In this document: piece after piece, positions 60,440 through 64,000 of the stretch | Layout of the letters: each line of letters opens with the position of its first letter | How positions within the stretch are numbered: the stretch's first letter is position 1 | Notes under the pieces: model-generated | What the model was told of the DNA's origin: nothing | Databases searched by the model: none | Seen by the model: the letters and a program-made list of their open reading frames with translations, nothing else | Translations under genes and position numbers: made by a program | Assembly (NCBI GenBank): GCA_964016885.1 | Contig: OZ024741.1 | Span: 407,030,001-407,094,000, forward strand | DNA length: 64,000 nucleotides | Reading direction: 5' to 3' | DNA from: Eledone cirrhosa | Taxonomy: Eukaryota

Positions 60440-63400
60440 ATGGCCAATATAAGAGTTGGATGTGTGAATGTACGGGGCCTGGGGATGCCTGGAAACAGGG
60501 CAAACTCTTAAACGCCCTCAGGTCGTACAGTATGGATGTAGTAGCCATTTGCGCGTACAGGATCCACAGCGAGCGACAACTGGCCCCCATCTTCGACGAT
60601 TTTGAGATCTACGCATCTCTCTGTCAGCCGGGAGGTGGGGGTGGGGTTGCCGTTTTAACACAGACGGTACATCTGGACTCGGAGGATCGACTGGTGGTCC
60701 TAGTTGTTGACGGTAGTGAGGTGGAGCCTTCGGGCTTGTGGCCGCATATGCCCCATCCGGGACACCGCGGCCAGTCTTCTTCAAACGTCTAGAGACTTTT
60801 CTGGGAACGTCCCGCTCCCTGCTGTTAGTGGGGGACTGGAATGGAATCCTAGATGCACGTTGGGACTATATGAGAGCATGTCCAGATAGAGGGGGGGTGT
60901 AACAGCCTCAAACAGTTAATCGGCCGATTTGACCTGGCCGATAGATATCGACTAGATTTTCCGACTGTGCAACTGTGGACGTGGACTAATTATAGCGGAT
61001 CATCTAGATCGTACCTAGATAGGGTTCTAGTTAGAAAGAAGGATAGGGACATGTTAAGTTGTCCACAAATGTTCATGGTTGCCTTCAGATCACAAATTAG
61101 TGACCTGCTTAATCAACCTTGACAAAACCTATAGACAGGGAGCCGGCTACTGGAAGCTGAACTTGTCGTTACCGACATGCAAAGCCTACAGTAGACAGAT
61201 TAGCACTTTAGTTAAGCAGCACTTGACGGGGTCCATTGTCAACAACAGATGGTGGTACTCTCTCAAGAGGGCAGTTAGATTAGACTCGATAGGTTTTAGT
61301 AAAGAATTAGTGTTAGATAGAAATAAGATCGAAAAGGAACTCGTAGATAAAGTAGAAGAGGCACTTAGGAGTGGCAAGGTAGCCAGCGTGCTAGCGACGA
61401 GAACGGCCTTGGACCAGTTCTTCGACGCAAAGCATGAAGGCTGCGTTGTCGGTAGCAAAAAACGTGCTCTGGGAAACGAGGGAGCCAATGCTGTTAGCTG
61501 GGCCTGAGTGACGGAGGCGAAAAGTGGCAACTAGTCCACGATTAGGTCTTTGAAGGACCAAGACGGACGCATGATACGTGAGCCGAAGCAGATGTGCGCA
61601 GCCTTTCAGCGGCAGTTTGCTCAACTGTTCGGGCAGGGCGGCGCGCCGGGAGGGGCTATGGATTTCGGTTCATAGCTCGATGACCTACCGTGACTCTCGG
61701 ACAGCGAGGCGAAATTCTGCGAAAGGCCGATTTCGGCCGCTGAGATGGGAGATGCGCTGAGCCAATGCGGCAAACGCAAATCTCCAGGTCTCGACGGTCT
61801 ACCCTACGAATTTTACGTAGCAATGCCGGACTTGTTCTCCGGTCTCCTGGAAGCGGTCTACTGCAACTGACAGCAGAACGGGTGAATTCCCAGTTCTGTG
61901 ACCAAGGGCGTAATCACGTTAGTCCGGAAGGACGAGAACAAGGGGGATGACAATGGCAACTTCCGACCCATAACTCTGCTCAACACAGAGTTTGGCCAAG
62001 GTGTTGGCAAAGAGGCTCTGCGCTTGTTGTCGAAAACCTGGTGGGAGAAGCGCGGATATGCGCAATCCCGACCAGGTCTATACACGACAACCTTCACCTC
62101 ATGCGATACATCATAGAGAGGGTAGGGTGTAAACCCGGCTTCGTTGGGGCCCTGATCAACTTGGATCAGTCTAAAGCTTTCGATAGGGTTGACCATCGTT
62201 ACCTGCATGCGGTGCTCGAGGCGGCAGGCTTCGGTCCCGTGTTCAGGGGCTGGATTGCTGCAATGCACAACAGCAACATCTGCTCAAGGGTCAAGGGGAA
62301 CGGCTACCTTTCAGAGCCATTCCATATCACGCGATCTATCCGACAGGGATGCCCTCTCTCCTCCCTTCTGTGCGTACTGACTCTCGAGCCACTACTGCGG
62401 AAGTTGGAGCTATTGCAGGGCATCCCTTTGGAACCGGGACCTCGAAAAGCGGCGTCGGCCTACGCCGACGACGTGACAGTAATGGTGTCGAGCACCTCGC
62501 AAATCGGGGAGATCGGCACCTTACTGGAGGAATACAAAAGGTTCAGAGGAACGAAGCTGGATCGGGACAAATCCGTCGGTTTGCAACTCGGAACGTGGAG
62601 AGGCAAACCGATGCCTTCCGATGACGTCGTCGGACGCTGGACGGAAGGACCGGTAAATCTGCTTGGGGTCTGGTTTGGTCCTGACCTCCAGGTGGAGAAG
62701 AACTGGAACGAGATGACGGCCAAGGTGTTTGCTCTCACCCAGAAGTGGGCCGAGTGCAAACTATCCCTGAAAGGTCGAGCGGTGGTGGAGAACACTTTTA
62801 TAGCGTCCGTCATCTACTACCGCTTGACCGTCGTGCCTTGTCCAGCCAAAACGCTCACCAAAATGGAGCGCGCGCTCTTCCAATTCCTTTGTAAGAAACG
62901 GGCTCCTTTGGTGAGAAGATCCATCTTCTGCCAATACCCTTCAAACGGAGGGCTGGGGAAGCTGTTGCTGAAGATGCGCAAACACGCGCTCAGGCTGCGG
63001 CACCTCCACGTATTCCTCACCAGACCACCGGTGTGGGCCCCGTTCGTGGGCGAGAGCTTCCCACGACTCGTCTCGCTGACCGAGCTGCAGTCCTGGGTCA
63101 AGCAAAGACCGAGGAAAATGGGTGACTGGCACATCGAATGTGCTCAGGCGCTCACAGTCCTCTGGCAAACGGACCCGGCGATCAGTGGAGACTCCACTTC
63201 GACATTCTATAGAGGGTTGGTACGCAGCAAATGCGACGAGACGCTCGGAGAAACTCTGGGCGTAGAGGAGGACGAACTGGCCAATCTGTTTGGTAGGACC
63301 TTCCGCCCGGGACCAATGGACAACTTCCAAAAGTCCCTGGCCTGGCAGTGCTACCGAGGAGCTCTACCAGTTCGAGACAAGCTCTACAGACACGGTCGCC

Positions 63401-63843
63401 TGGGTAGGGACCCATCGAAAAAAATCTGTCCGAGATGCGGGCGCGACGAGGAAACCGTCGCACACGCATTTGTACACTGCCCGGGCATTACCGACCTGTG
63501 GGGCTATGTAGAAGGACTATTGTCGCGGGTGGGATCAATCCAGTTGACCACCGAGTCCATTGTCATGATCAAACCGCCACCCTCCTTCAAAAACGAGGGA
63601 GAGGTGGTTTTCCTATGTGTTATGGCTATGGTGAAAGAGGTTATATGGTGGACGAGGTTAAAAGGGCTGAGGTCAGACACCTTTCTCTCTGGCGATCAAC
63701 TGATTCGTTTTTTCAAATATCATTTAGGAAGAAGAATCAGGATGGAGAGAGAGGTGCTGTACCCCAGTAAATTTTATAAAAGGTGGGTGAATGTGGCAAA
63801 GATGGCCCGAGTGGTTGGGCCTTCTCTCTATATAAGCCTGTAG
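60440..63843 (+). pseudogene. ORF2 of copy D: EN and early RT disrupted, last 600 codons open with intact YADD
   Basis: Stops and frameshifts at 60440-62040; ORF 62041-63843 has RQGCPLS and AYADDVTV. Confidence 0.9.
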
Positions 63844-64000
63844 GTTGAGGAAAAAGAGTAAGAGAGGAAGGGAGTACTCACTCTTGGTGCTCCTGGAGAT
63901 GAGAGTTGTACATTTTTTCTGGCTGTGTACAACCCCTGTGTAACCCCCCCCCCCACCCTATTGGGGATTTCAATTGTTATTTGTTATTGTATTAATAGTT

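Larger units (their letters stand above)
58205..64000 (+). mobile_element. Tx1 copy D, full-length but decayed; 3' UTR runs off the window
   Basis: ORF1 relic 58415-60401, ORF2 relic 60440-63843; preceded by degenerate tatctat. Confidence 0.9.

Noticed and set aside
50062-64000. Tx1 array as a simple segmental tandem duplication
   Set aside because: Copies differ substantially in sequence, UTRs and truncation points

Overview
AT-rich, microsatellite-dense animal genomic DNA, most likely an octopod cephalopod (inferred from the abundant Deu/Nin-domain tRNA-SINE and the (TA)n/(CA)n/(GA)n load). No host protein-coding exon could be supported. Bases 1-50000 are dominated by Penelope-like retroelements (PLEs) sitting in (TA)n tracts. 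These comprise one nearly intact Naiad-type element (RT + GIY-YIG, one premature TAA), several truncated coding copies, and about 20 short non-coding inserts that are mostly long inverted repeats built from PLE 3' ends. Almost every one carries a type I hammerhead ribozyme (HHR) motif. I read about 30 such motifs by eye from more than 12 sequence families, including repeated U3-A8 covariant cores (TTGANAA) and a CAGAAGA core. Two TA-flanked partial-tandem units (about 656 and 600 bp) look retrozyme-like. Bases 50060-64000 are a head-to-tail array of four Tx1-clade (L1-like) non-LTR retrotransposons, each joined to (ATCT)n, suggesting GATA-microsatellite targeting. Also present are many SINEs (some with clear TSDs), a SINE-derived minisatellite, RTE relics (one with a candidate HDV-like fold) and a Lep1/Helitron-like non-autonomous element. 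All RNA folds and alignments were done by eye and need computational and biochemical confirmation.
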